Below, piece by piece: positions 39,326 through 50,135 of a DNA stretch of 64,000 nucleotides. The notes under the pieces are model-generated. The model saw only the letters and a program-made list of their open reading frames with translations, was not told where the DNA came from and did not search any database. Every line of letters begins with the position of its first letter. Positions within the stretch are counted from its first letter, which is position 1. The position numbers and the translations under genes were made by a program. The DNA is from Polyangiales bacterium (GTDB taxonomy: Bacteria; Myxococcota_A; Polyangia; Polyangiales; Polyangiaceae): NCBI GenBank assembly GCA_038230375.1, contig JBBRNJ010000042.1, positions 10,525-74,524 on the forward strand, written 5' to 3'.

Positions 39326-40609
39326 ATGTGGAAGACCACACTGCGCCTCTTGCCGCTCCAGCTCGTCGCGCGTGGCGGAGAGGCGACGCTGCCGCTCTTC
39401 CTGGCCGCGTGGTTCGGCGGTAGCCGCGAGACGGATCTCTACTTCTTTGCGCTCGCGGTGTTCAAGGTCGCCGGCTCGCTGGTGTTCGCAGCGTTCCAGG
39501 ACTCCGCGCTCGTGCCAATCCTGGCCGAGCTGCAGCGCGACGGACGCGAGAGTCGCAGCGCGCTGATGGGCTCGCTCCTGGGTCACACGCTCCTCTACGG
39601 CGGCGCGCTCAGCGCTGCGATCTTCACTGCGTTCGCGGCCGTCTGCTGCGCGCGCTATCAGGGCTCGGACCTCGTACTGTCGCTCGCGCTCTCTGCGCCG
39701 CTGTCGCTCCTGCTGGTGATGACCGCGCTCCGCACGCTCTTCACTGTCTTCCTGAACGCCGACGGCCGATTCGCCGCGTCGCCTCTCGCGAGCGCGCTGT
39801 CGGTGATCGTGACCGTGCTCACCCTTGTGGTCGGTCATCGCGTCGGCGTGCTGATCGTGCCGTTTGGGCTGCTCGCGGGCGAGGCCGTGGCGGCGATCGC
39901 GCTATGGCGTGCCTTTGGTCGTGCGCCGCGCCCCACGCTGCGTCGCTCGCCTGCTCTCGTTCGCTTCGCGCGGCTCGCGACCTCGGAGCTCCTGGGCGGC
40001 GCGATCGCACGCATGAGCCCGCTCACGGACCAGGTCGCCGCAAGCATCGTGGGCGTCGTTGGCGGCGGCACGCTGCTCACGTACTCGGGCGACGTGGCCA
40101 TGGCGCCAACGTCACTCCTTGCCGCGGCGCTCTTTCCCGTGATGCTCACCCAGGTCTCCAAGGAGGTCGCCGCGCGCGATCTCGTCGCCGCGCGCGCATC
40201 GGTGAATCGAGCGCTATTCACGTCGATCGGAGCCCTTGCGGTGGCCGCGCTCGCGCTGTCATTGGTCGCGCGACCGCTGCTGTCGTTCGTCTACGCGCGC
40301 GGTGCGATGGATGAGCGTGCCGTCTCCGTGATGACGGGCGTCTTCCCCTATCAAGCGCTCGCGCTCGTTCCGTTCGGCGCTGTTCTCATCCTCTCTCGTG
40401 CGCACGTGGCGCTACAGAACAGCGCCATCCTGCCGCGGGTCGGCGCGCTGGCGGCCGTCACGAACCTCGCATTCGACCTGGTCCTTGGCAGAGCCATGGG
40501 CCTCCCGGGCATCGCGCTGGCCACGGCGCTCACGCACGCCGTCGTCGCGACCGCGCTCTTCGCCTCGCTCGATCGTGCTGTGCGTTTGCGCATCGTTCCC
40601 GCCACATGA
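39326..40609 (+). CDS. MurJ/MviN-like MOP-family flippase (short form)
   Basis: About 12 TM; WFGGSRETDLYF, ALVPIL, TDQVAAS, ALFP, VYARGAMD, GIALAT. Confidence 0.75.
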   Translation: MWKTTLRLLPLQLVARGGEATLPLFLAAWFGGSRETDLYFFALAVFKVAGSLVFAAFQDSALVPILAELQRDGRESRSALMGSLLGHTLLYGGALSAAIFTAFAAVCCARYQGSDLVLSLALSAPLSLLLVMTALRTLFTVFLNADGRFAASPLASALSVIVTVLTLVVGHRVGVLIVPFGLLAGEAVAAIALWRAFGRAPRPTLRRSPALVRFARLATSELLGGAIARMSPLTDQVAASIVGVVGGGTLLTYSGDVAMAPTSLLAAALFPVMLTQVSKEVAARDLVAARASVNRALFTSIGALAVAALALSLVARPLLSFVYARGAMDERAVSVMTGVFPYQALALVPFGAVLILSRAHVALQNSAILPRVGALAAVTNLAFDLVLGRAMGLPGIALATALTHAVVATALFASLDRAVRLRIVPAT

Positions 40610-40652
40610 CGCATCGCCTGGTCGCTGCGCGCTTTTTTGCTACGCTCCGCAG

Positions 40653-41885
40653 ATGCCTCCGGGTCTGGCGCGTTCGCTCGTTCTTTTGTCTGCGCTGGCG
40701 CTCACGGGCTGCGGCGGCGGTCTCTCCGCGCTCGGTTCGTCCACGTCGCCCGCGGAGCTGCGCCAGAATACGGTCAGCGTGCGCGTTGCCACGCCCGAGA
40801 AGATCGCCGCCGTCTATCACGGCATCGCAGAGCGCATGAAGCTGAAGGGCAAGAGCGACCTCGCCGAGTTCTTCGAAGGACAGACCGGCGGCGAGTTCGG
40901 CAGCGGCTTCCTCATCAGGCGCAACGGGCGAATGCTCGTCGTCACGAATCGCCACGTGGTCGACTTCGCCGACGAGGCCGAGGTCGCCGTGGAAGGCACC
41001 GACGAGGCGTTCCCGGTGCAGGTCCTCTATGCAGATCGCATCTACGATCTTGCGGTGCTCGCGTTCGGCGTGCAGCACCCAACGGGCGTGACCGGCCTCA
41101 AGCTCGCGCGCTCCAAGATCCACGATCTGGAAGGCGTCGTGGCCACGGGATATCCGGGCCTGGGTGGTCAGCCCAGCTACCAGGCGACCAAGGGCCAGGT
41201 CTCCAACGAACGCTTCACCATGCAGTCGCGCGGGCAGACGCTCACGTACATCCAGCACACCGCGCCGATCGATCCCGGATCGTCCGGCGGTCCGCTCACC
41301 GGCGAAGGCGGCGTCGTCGTGGGCGTGAACACCATGAAGGCGAACGGTCGCGACAACGTGTATCTCGCCGTCCCGGCCGAGGCGATCGAGGCCGTGCTCA
41401 AGCGCGCGGACGCCGTGATCGCAGGGCGTAAGAACAAGGAGTGGTTGATCGCGGGCCTCTCCGACTCGTGCGGAAGGCTGGTCGCAGGCCTGCGTCGCGA
41501 CGGAGAGCCATCGATCGAGATCTACGATCTCATCACGAACGACGCGGTCGCGGAGCGCGGGTTCGAGAGCACCGATCCTCTCATGAAGGCGGACAAGGAG
41601 CTCTCCGATCTCTTCTACGAGAACCCCACGACCACGCTGCGCATCGGCGTCACCATGCGCCTCTGGAAGGAAGCGCACGGAAAAGAAGGCCTCCCCGTGG
41701 AGTGCATGGATGCGCCCCAGGATCCCGAGAGCAACTCCGTGCGCCTTCAAGTGAAATTCGAACACGCCACGCGCGACACCTACTGGCGCTTCGAGCAGGG
41801 CTACTGGAAGCTCTCCGGCTTCGACAAGATGACGAACACCACGCCACCGCCCAAGCCGGCGAAGCCGCCCTCCAAGAAGCGATGA
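40653..41885 (+). CDS. Trypsin-like (S1) serine protease lipoprotein
   Basis: Lipobox LTGC; GSGF, VTNRHVV (His), DLAVL (Asp), IDPGSSGGPL (Ser). Confidence 0.9.
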   Translation: MPPGLARSLVLLSALALTGCGGGLSALGSSTSPAELRQNTVSVRVATPEKIAAVYHGIAERMKLKGKSDLAEFFEGQTGGEFGSGFLIRRNGRMLVVTNRHVVDFADEAEVAVEGTDEAFPVQVLYADRIYDLAVLAFGVQHPTGVTGLKLARSKIHDLEGVVATGYPGLGGQPSYQATKGQVSNERFTMQSRGQTLTYIQHTAPIDPGSSGGPLTGEGGVVVGVNTMKANGRDNVYLAVPAEAIEAVLKRADAVIAGRKNKEWLIAGLSDSCGRLVAGLRRDGEPSIEIYDLITNDAVAERGFESTDPLMKADKELSDLFYENPTTTLRIGVTMRLWKEAHGKEGLPVECMDAPQDPESNSVRLQVKFEHATRDTYWRFEQGYWKLSGFDKMTNTTPPPKPAKPPSKKR

Positions 41886-42910
41886 CCGTCCATCGCTCAT
41901 CCGCCTTCCTCGCGCTCGCGTGTGGCGTGGCCAGCGCCGCCACCCCGGCCTGCGACGGACTCCTGGGCGCGAACTTCGATCACGGTGCGGCGTCGGATGG
42001 TACGGATGGCGGAGACGGCGCGGCCGGGGCGAACGCGGATGGCGCCGCGAACGGGAATGGCAGCGACGGTAGCGGGGCCAACGACGGTAGTCCGGGCTTG
42101 GTCGACGGAGGTTCTTCCGGAAAAGACGGCGCCGCGGATGCGCGCGGAGGTGACGGCAGCACCACGGCGGAGACGCCAGCCGACGTGCTCACGAGCGCCC
42201 AGCTTGCCCTGTGGCTCGACGCAGACAAGGGCGTCCTCACGATCGGTGGTGGCAAGCAGGTGATGTCTTGGGCCGATCAATCGGGCAACCACCACGACGG
42301 TGCGCCATTCGGCGCAGGCGGCGGCGATCTCCAGGTGAACGCCAACCAGGTGAACGGACACGCGGCCGTGCAGATCAATGGTGACGCGGTCAGCATCGGC
42401 GATGTGGCGCCCGTGGTCTCTGCCACGCAGGACTTCTACGTGGGCGTGGTGGCCGAGTACACGGTCCTCGGAATGAACGATCGCTTCTTCGTCTCGCGCT
42501 TCGACGGCTTTCCGCGCGGGTTCGGGCTCTTTGCCGGCACGCAGAACGGCTCCACGGTCGCGGGCTCGTTCGACCCCAGCGGCGGCGTGATCCAGCCCTC
42601 TTCCGTGACCGGCACTGCGGACGGCAAGTATCGCGTCTATGCGATCCGTCGCACTGCCGGCTCCATGGGCAAGGCCAAGCTCGACGTCCGCGTGAACGGC
42701 GTCTCCACCAGCGTAGAGGTCCCATACCCCACGCTGGGAGGTCAGAATGGGCGCCCGCTGATGTTCGGAGGCTCGCAGCAGATCTCGGCTACCGGCTCCG
42801 GCTTCATGATCGGCGCGTTCGCCGAGATTGCCATGGCCGTTGGCACCGTGAGCGACGCGGACATCCAGCGCATAGAAAATGGCTGGAAGACAAAGTACGC
42901 GCTCCCGTAG
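41882..42910 (+). CDS. Lipoprotein with DG-rich linker and LamG/concanavalin-like domain
   Basis: ATGA overlap with the protease; LALWLDA, WADQSGN.H, C-terminal GAFAEIA...IENGWKTKY. Confidence 0.75.
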   Translation: MTVHRSSAFLALACGVASAATPACDGLLGANFDHGAASDGTDGGDGAAGANADGAANGNGSDGSGANDGSPGLVDGGSSGKDGAADARGGDGSTTAETPADVLTSAQLALWLDADKGVLTIGGGKQVMSWADQSGNHHDGAPFGAGGGDLQVNANQVNGHAAVQINGDAVSIGDVAPVVSATQDFYVGVVAEYTVLGMNDRFFVSRFDGFPRGFGLFAGTQNGSTVAGSFDPSGGVIQPSSVTGTADGKYRVYAIRRTAGSMGKAKLDVRVNGVSTSVEVPYPTLGGQNGRPLMFGGSQQISATGSGFMIGAFAEIAMAVGTVSDADIQRIENGWKTKYALP

Positions 42911-42932
42911 CCCACAGCAGCGCGCGTGAATC

Positions 42933-43310
42933 CTATTTCTTGGTTACGCGCACGGCGGTTCCGTAGGCCAGGACTTCGGTCGCGCCTTGTACGAACTCGG
43001 TGGCGTCGTAGCGCATCCCGATGACGGCGTGGGCGCCCAGGTCTCGTGCGTGCCTCATCATCAGCAGGTAGGCCTCCTGGCGCGCGGCGTCGCAGACGTC
43101 CACGTACTCCTTGATGTTGCCGCCTGCGAGGCCCTTGAATGCGCCCACGATGCCCTGGCCGATCGACGTGGCGCGTACGACGATGCCTCGCACGATGCCC
43201 AGGTACTCCGTGATCTCGTGGCCGGCGAGATCGGGCCCCGTGGTGACGATTACGAGCGCCGCCTCTGGATGCGCGCCGCGGAAAGGGCCTTCTTGCTGGT
43301 GTTCGCTCAC
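42933..43310 (-). CDS. YbjQ/UPF0145 family protein
   Basis: VTT...GHEITEYLGIVRG, GGNIKEY, ARQEA, GAHAVIGMRYD, EVLAYGTAV. Confidence 0.9.
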   Translation of the reverse strand: MSEHQQEGPFRGAHPEAALVIVTTGPDLAGHEITEYLGIVRGIVVRATSIGQGIVGAFKGLAGGNIKEYVDVCDAARQEAYLLMMRHARDLGAHAVIGMRYDATEFVQGATEVLAYGTAVRVTKK

Positions 43311-43332
43311 GTCATACCTCTCGTGTTGGCTG

Positions 43333-44736
43333 CTATTTCTGCGCTGTCATGCTGCCGAGCGCATCGTAGGCGGCGTACTTGAATGTCTCGCCCAAGGTCG
43401 GGTAGTTGAAGACCATGTCGATCAGGGTGTCGACGGTGCCGTTCAGCGTGATCACCGTCTGGCCAATGTGCACGAGCTCGCTCGCGCGGTCGCCGATGAT
43501 GTGGCAACCGACCAGCTTGCGGCTTCCGCGATCGAAGACGAGCTTGATGACGCCGTCCTTGTCTCCGATGATCTTGCCGCGTGCGTTATCGCGGTAGAGC
43601 GCGCGTCCCACGACGTAGTCGACCTTCTTCGCCTCGCACTCTTCCTCGGACAGGCCCACGGAGCTCACCTCGGGGATGGTGTAGATCCCGTACGGAAGCA
43701 GCGTGGACATGTGGTCCTTGTACGTGAGGCCGAATGCATGACACACGGCCACGCGCCCTTGCTCCATGGACGTGGAGGCGAGCGCAGGGAAGCCGATGAC
43801 GTCGCCCGCGGCGTAGATGTTCGGCACCTTCGTCATGTAGTTGTGGTCGGTGACGACGTAGCCGCGCTTGTCGACCTCCACGCCGAGCGCCTCGATGCCG
43901 AGCTCCTTCGTGCGACCGGTGCGACCCGAGGCCACGAGCAGCCGCTCGGAGTCGAGCTCCCTGCCGCTCTCGAGCGTGCACACGATACCGCGGCCGTCCA
44001 CGCGCTTTGCGCCCCGCGGCTTCTCCGAGAGCAGGATGTCGATGCCGAGCCCCTTCATCGCGTCGGACAGGCGCGCGCCCATCTCCAGGTCCAGGAACGG
44101 CAGCAGCCTGTCGCGGCCCTCGACCAGGGTCACCTTCACGCCCATCGCCGCGAACATGGTCGCGTACTCGCAGCCGATCACGCCGCCGCCGAGCACGGTC
44201 ATGCTCGCGGGCATCTTGTCCATCTTCAGGATCTCGTCGGAGTCGTCAACGCCCGGATCGTCGAACGGGATCGTGGGCGGGTGGAATGGCGCGGAGCCCG
44301 TGGCGATCAGGAAGACCTCCGCCGTCACACGCAGCGTGGCGCTGCTCTTCACCTGGATCTCCGCCGTGTGCGCGTCCAGCAGCTTTGCCAGCCCGCGAAT
44401 GCACGTGACGCCGTGCCGCTCGAAGTTCCAGCGGAAGCGCTCCACCTCGCTCTCGACGACCGCGTCCTTGCGCGAGAGCAGCCGCGGCGCCGCGAGCTTC
44501 GGGTCCACGTTCACGCTCACGCCGTACAGCTCGTTCTGGCGATAGCCAGATAGAAACAGCGCTGTCTCTCGCAGCGTCTTCGACGGAAGCGTGCCCGTGT
44601 GCACGGCGGCGCCGCCCGGTGAGGGCTCGCGCTCCACGATGGCGACCTTCTTCTTGAAGTACGCGGCCTGCACCGCGCCCTTCTCTCCCGCCGGCCCCGC
44701 CCCGAGCACCACGAGATCGTACTCGTACTTTGCCAC
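43333..44736 (-). CDS. sthA: Soluble pyridine nucleotide transhydrogenase
   Basis: GAGPAG, HTGTLPSKTLRE, GGGVIGCEYA, YAAGDVIGFPALASTSMEQGR, PYGIYTIPE, FNYPTL. Confidence 0.92.
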   Translation of the reverse strand: MAKYEYDLVVLGAGPAGEKGAVQAAYFKKKVAIVEREPSPGGAAVHTGTLPSKTLRETALFLSGYRQNELYGVSVNVDPKLAAPRLLSRKDAVVESEVERFRWNFERHGVTCIRGLAKLLDAHTAEIQVKSSATLRVTAEVFLIATGSAPFHPPTIPFDDPGVDDSDEILKMDKMPASMTVLGGGVIGCEYATMFAAMGVKVTLVEGRDRLLPFLDLEMGARLSDAMKGLGIDILLSEKPRGAKRVDGRGIVCTLESGRELDSERLLVASGRTGRTKELGIEALGVEVDKRGYVVTDHNYMTKVPNIYAAGDVIGFPALASTSMEQGRVAVCHAFGLTYKDHMSTLLPYGIYTIPEVSSVGLSEEECEAKKVDYVVGRALYRDNARGKIIGDKDGVIKLVFDRGSRKLVGCHIIGDRASELVHIGQTVITLNGTVDTLIDMVFNYPTLGETFKYAAYDALGSMTAQK

Positions 44737-44750
44737 GTCAGCCTACCGCT

Positions 44751-45374
44751 TCACTTACCAGGCTTCGCGCCTTCGGGCTTCGGGAGCTCGAGCTCCACGT
44801 CGACCGGTGTGTCGGCGCCGCCCCACGGTGGGAACGTGAGGCTGCTGAATGCGTGCACAATACACCGACCCGGGGGTGTGCCGTCGTACGGTGCGGGCAC
44901 GGTGGCTCCCTTGGAGTGTCCGTTGCGCCCGAGCATCACGGAGATGGTGACCTTGCCCCAGGGGCCCGCGGGCTTGCCGGTGTCGTCGGTCGCGAGGCCG
45001 CAGTTGGCCTTCACCTGGCGGATCGCGCGGTTCAGCACGATGTCCGTGTGCTCCTTGTCGTACTGATCGGAGCGACGCGTGGGGGGCGAGGCAACAGGTG
45101 GTGCGCTGCTGCCGCTGTTCGTGGTGGCAGCGCTGCCGGCACTGGAGCCCGAGCCGCTCGAGCCCGAGCCGGTGTCGGAACCTCCAGAGCCGCTGCTGCC
45201 AGAGCCGGTGTCGTGCGGCTTCTGATCGTCGGCGGTCGCGCCTTCCCATTTCTCGGTCGCTCCGTCACCCTTGGTTTCCTTGGAGGAGGGATCGGTCGTC
45301 TTCTTCTGACCACCACCGCAGGCGATCACAAGGCCGCCGATACAGACCAGCGACGCGAGAGCGAGGGTTCTCAT
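44751..45374 (-). CDS. Lipoprotein with Ser/Gly linker and AgmX/GltG-type TonB-C-like domain
   Basis: Lipobox VIAC; GKVTISVML.RNG...YDGTPPGRCIVHAFSSLTFPPWGG. Confidence 0.72.
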   Translation of the reverse strand: MRTLALASLVCIGGLVIACGGGQKKTTDPSSKETKGDGATEKWEGATADDQKPHDTGSGSSGSGGSDTGSGSSGSGSSAGSAATTNSGSSAPPVASPPTRRSDQYDKEHTDIVLNRAIRQVKANCGLATDDTGKPAGPWGKVTISVMLGRNGHSKGATVPAPYDGTPPGRCIVHAFSSLTFPPWGGADTPVDVELELPKPEGAKPGK

Positions 45375-45471
45375 GAAGGGGATTGTGCCACTCCGAGCGG
45401 GGAGAGAGAAGTCTCACGTGGAGCACGGAAGAGTGGACCGGGACGACCTCGACCTCGACGCGGGCCTCGAC

Positions 45472-46836
<1,365 letters not shown>

Positions 46837-46838
46837 GG

Positions 46839-46923
46839 GGTACGCAATTATTGCTATGCCATCTTGGCTAAAAAACCAAGCCCCGAAGCCAAGGCCAAAT
46901 CAAATCGGCAAATGTTGCGTACC
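46839..46923. promoter_or_regulatory. Pair of inverted GCAA-N3-TTGC boxes in the divergent EBP/kup promoter region
   Basis: GGTACGCAATTATTGC (46839-46854) versus the reverse complement of 46908-46923 (GGTACGCAACATTTGC): 13/16 identical. Confidence 0.5.
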
Positions 46924-47011
46924 GGCACGACCCGTGTCGCTCGGGTCCACCGGCTGGTTTCCGGCGATGGAGCTTGGAGAAGGCGTGCGTGGTTTGTAAG
47001 GATCCGGATTC

Positions 47012-48925
47012 GTGACCGCTTCCACCGCCACGCACGACCCCGCGAAGGACTCGCACAGCGGTCTCGCCAAGCTCGCGCTGGGTGCGCTCGGTGTGGTCTA
47101 CGGAGACATCGGCACCTCGCCGCTCTACGCGGTGGAGGAGTGCTTCTCCAAGAAGTACGGCCTGGAGCCGGACGAGGCGAACGTCCTGGGCATCATGTCC
47201 CTCGTCTTCTGGGCACTCATCCTGGTGGTCGTCGTGAAGTATCTGTCCTTCATCATGAAGGCGGACAACAAGGGTGAGGGCGGCATCCTTGCTCTCCTCG
47301 CGTTGTTGATACCGCGCTCGCCGGAGAAGGCGCGCACGCCGCGCTACATCGTGCTCGTGATGCTCGGTCTGTTCGGTGCCGCGCTGCTCTACGGCGACGG
47401 GATGATCACTCCTGCCATCAGCGTGCTCAGCGCGGTCGAAGGGCTCGAGGTCGCGACCAGCAGGTTCCACCCGTTCATCATTCCCATCACGGTCTGCATC
47501 CTGGTCGCGCTCTTCCTGGTGCAGAAGCGCGGCACCGCCGGCATGGGCGCCATCTTCGGTCCCGCGATGCTCCTGTGGTTCGTGGTGATCGCCGGCATGG
47601 GCCTTCCGTGGATCGTGAAGGAGCCGCGCGTGCTGTGGGCCGTGTACCCGGGCCATGCAGTGCACTTCATCGCGCTGCACGGCGTGCGCGGCTTCCTGGT
47701 GCTCGGCGCGGTGGTGCTCTGCATCACCGGCGGTGAGGCGCTCTACGCGGACATGGGCCACTTCGGAAAGCGCCCCATCCGCATCGCCTGGTATGCGCTG
47801 GTCCTTCCTTCGCTGCTCATCAACTACTTCGGGCAGGGCGCGCTGATCCTCGCGTCGCACGGACATCCGCCGGAGAAGCTGTTCTACGGCATGGTGGACG
47901 GATGGGTTCGCTATCCGCTCGTGGCGCTCGCCACCGTGGCCACCGTCGTCGCGTCGCAGGCGCTCATCAGCGGCGCGTACTCGCTCACGCAGCAGGCCGT
48001 GCAGCTGGGCTACTGCCCGCGCGTGACGATCGTCCACACGTCGGGTGAGGCGGCAGGACAGATCTACGTCCCGGAGGTCAACAACGCGCTGATGGTCGCG
48101 TGCGTGGCGCTGGTGCTCTCGTTCCGCGAATCCGGCAACCTGGCCGCCGCGTATGGCATTGCCGTCACAGGGACCATGAGCATCACGTCGCTCCTGTTCT
48201 ACGTGGTCGCCACGCATACGTTCGGCTGGCCAAAGCCCGTCGCGTTCGCGCTGACGTCGTTGTTCCTCGTCTTCGATCTCACGTTCTTTGCGGCGAACGC
48301 GGTGAAGATCGCGCAGGGGGGTTGGTTCCCGCTCGCGGTGGCTGCGGCGGTCTTCACCATCATGACCACATGGAAGCGTGGGCGTCGCGCGCTGGCCGTG
48401 GTGATCGCAGAGGCCACGCTGCCGCTGGACATGTTCCTGACGGACGTGGAGCTGACCAAGCCGCACCGCGTGAAGGGCACCGCCGTCTTCATGACGTCGA
48501 ATCCCGACGGCGCGCCGCCCGTGATGCTGCATCACCTGAAGCACAACAAGGTCCTGCACGAGCAGATCCTCCTCCTCTCCATCGTCACGTCGCACGAGCC
48601 CGAGGTGGAGTACGCCCAGCGGCTCTCACGCGTGCATGGTCTAGGGCAGGGATTCTTCCAGATCACCGCCGAGTACGGCTTCATGCAGACGCCCAACGTC
48701 GAGGAGATCATGCGCGCGTGCGGGGAGGCCGGCATCAAGTGCGAGGCGAACGAGACCAGCTTCTTCCTGGGTCGCGAGACGCTCATCATCACCGACAAGA
48801 AGGGCATGGCGCGCTGGCGCAAGGTGCTCTTCACCTTCCTCGCCAAGAACGCCCGCCCCGCCAACGCCTTCTTCCGCATTCCCCCGAACCGCGTCGTCGA
48901 GCTCGGCACGCAGATCGAGTTCTGA
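47012..48925 (+). CDS. kup: Potassium transporter Kup
   Basis: GVVYGDIGTSPLY, ADNKGEGG, GDGMITPAISVLSAVEG, ITGGEALYADMGHF, GQIYVP, FFLGRET, VELGTQ. Confidence 0.97.
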   Translation: MTASTATHDPAKDSHSGLAKLALGALGVVYGDIGTSPLYAVEECFSKKYGLEPDEANVLGIMSLVFWALILVVVVKYLSFIMKADNKGEGGILALLALLIPRSPEKARTPRYIVLVMLGLFGAALLYGDGMITPAISVLSAVEGLEVATSRFHPFIIPITVCILVALFLVQKRGTAGMGAIFGPAMLLWFVVIAGMGLPWIVKEPRVLWAVYPGHAVHFIALHGVRGFLVLGAVVLCITGGEALYADMGHFGKRPIRIAWYALVLPSLLINYFGQGALILASHGHPPEKLFYGMVDGWVRYPLVALATVATVVASQALISGAYSLTQQAVQLGYCPRVTIVHTSGEAAGQIYVPEVNNALMVACVALVLSFRESGNLAAAYGIAVTGTMSITSLLFYVVATHTFGWPKPVAFALTSLFLVFDLTFFAANAVKIAQGGWFPLAVAAAVFTIMTTWKRGRRALAVVIAEATLPLDMFLTDVELTKPHRVKGTAVFMTSNPDGAPPVMLHHLKHNKVLHEQILLLSIVTSHEPEVEYAQRLSRVHGLGQGFFQITAEYGFMQTPNVEEIMRACGEAGIKCEANETSFFLGRETLIITDKKGMARWRKVLFTFLAKNARPANAFFRIPPNRVVELGTQIEF

Positions 48926-48932
48926 GCCTCAC

Positions 48933-50135
48933 ATGATGTTCGGCATCGACACGCTCACGCAGGAATCACCGCTCGTGCGGTGGCTCGTGGGCAAGCGGGT
49001 GGGCGTGCTCGCGCACCCGGCGTCCGTCGATCGCGGCCTCTCCCATCTGGGCGACAAGCTCGCGCAGCTCGGCATCCGCCCCACGGTCTACTTTGGTCCC
49101 GAGCATGGCTTCGGCGGCGAGGCGCAGGACATGGTCGGCGTGTCCGACGCGCGCACGCCCGACGGCACTCCGATCCGCTCGCTCTACGGCGAGAACGAGG
49201 CCGATCTCGTTCCGAAGGAAGACGACCTTCGCGCGTTGGATGTACTCCTCATGGATCTCGCGGACGTCGGCTCGCGCTACTACACGTTCGTGTGGACGTG
49301 CCTGCTCGTCCTGCGAAAGGCGGCTGCGCTCCGCGTGCCCACGGTCCTCCTCGACCGTGCGAACCCCCTTGGGCGTGCCATCGAGGGTCGCGTGCTCCAG
49401 CCGAACTACCGCTCGTTCGTGGGCCTGGAGCCCATTCCGATTCGCCACGGCATGACGGTCGGTGAGATCGTGGCGCTGTTTGCTGCGCGCGAGAAGATCT
49501 CCGCGGACCTGTTCTCCATCATCCCTTGCAATGGTGTGCCCGACGACGCTGACGCGCCTGCGTGGGACCGGCCGTTCGTCATCCCATCGCCGAACATGCC
49601 CACGTACGCGACCGCGCTCGTGTACCCCGGCGGCTGTCTGCTGGAGGGGACGAACCTGTCCGAGGGCCGCGGTACCACACGCCCGTTCGAGCTCGTGGGC
49701 GCGCCGTGGCTCGATGGGAAGAAGCTGGCAACCGCGCTCGCGTCGCTCGAGCTGCCTGGATTCGTTGCTCGCCCGCTCACGTTCTTTCCGCAGTTCCAGA
49801 AGCACGCAAAGGTAGTCTGTGGCGGCGTCCAGATCCACGTGACGGATCGGCGCACGTTCCTCCCCGTCGCCGTCTACACTGCGGTCATCGCACTTGCTCA
49901 TCATCACCACCCGGACGCCTTCCGCTTCCGCACCGAGCGATACGAGTTCCGCGACGACGTGCCCGCGCTGGATCTGCTCGCCGGCGACGCCGAGACGCGG
50001 GAGCGCATCACGCGCGGCGAGTCCCCACGCAACATCGCGATGGACCTGTCCCGCACCGGCCCCGTAGAGCAAGCGCTCCTTCCCGAGGCACGCGCCGCGC
50101 TCGCATCGTTCGCGCAGGGGCACGCGTGGCAGTGA
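48933..50135 (+). CDS. DUF1343/NamZ-family exo-beta-N-acetylmuramidase-like protein
   Basis: FGPEHGF, SLYG, DVGSRYYTF, LDRANPLG, PIRHGMTVGE, PSPNMP, EGTNLSEGRGTTRPFE. Confidence 0.9.
   Translation: MMFGIDTLTQESPLVRWLVGKRVGVLAHPASVDRGLSHLGDKLAQLGIRPTVYFGPEHGFGGEAQDMVGVSDARTPDGTPIRSLYGENEADLVPKEDDLRALDVLLMDLADVGSRYYTFVWTCLLVLRKAAALRVPTVLLDRANPLGRAIEGRVLQPNYRSFVGLEPIPIRHGMTVGEIVALFAAREKISADLFSIIPCNGVPDDADAPAWDRPFVIPSPNMPTYATALVYPGGCLLEGTNLSEGRGTTRPFELVGAPWLDGKKLATALASLELPGFVARPLTFFPQFQKHAKVVCGGVQIHVTDRRTFLPVAVYTAVIALAHHHHPDAFRFRTERYEFRDDVPALDLLAGDAETRERITRGESPRNIAMDLSRTGPVEQALLPEARAALASFAQGHAWQ

Noticed and set aside
46924..47011. c-di-AMP (ydaO) riboswitch upstream of kup
   Set aside because: Conserved ydaO motifs not seen and the region is too short
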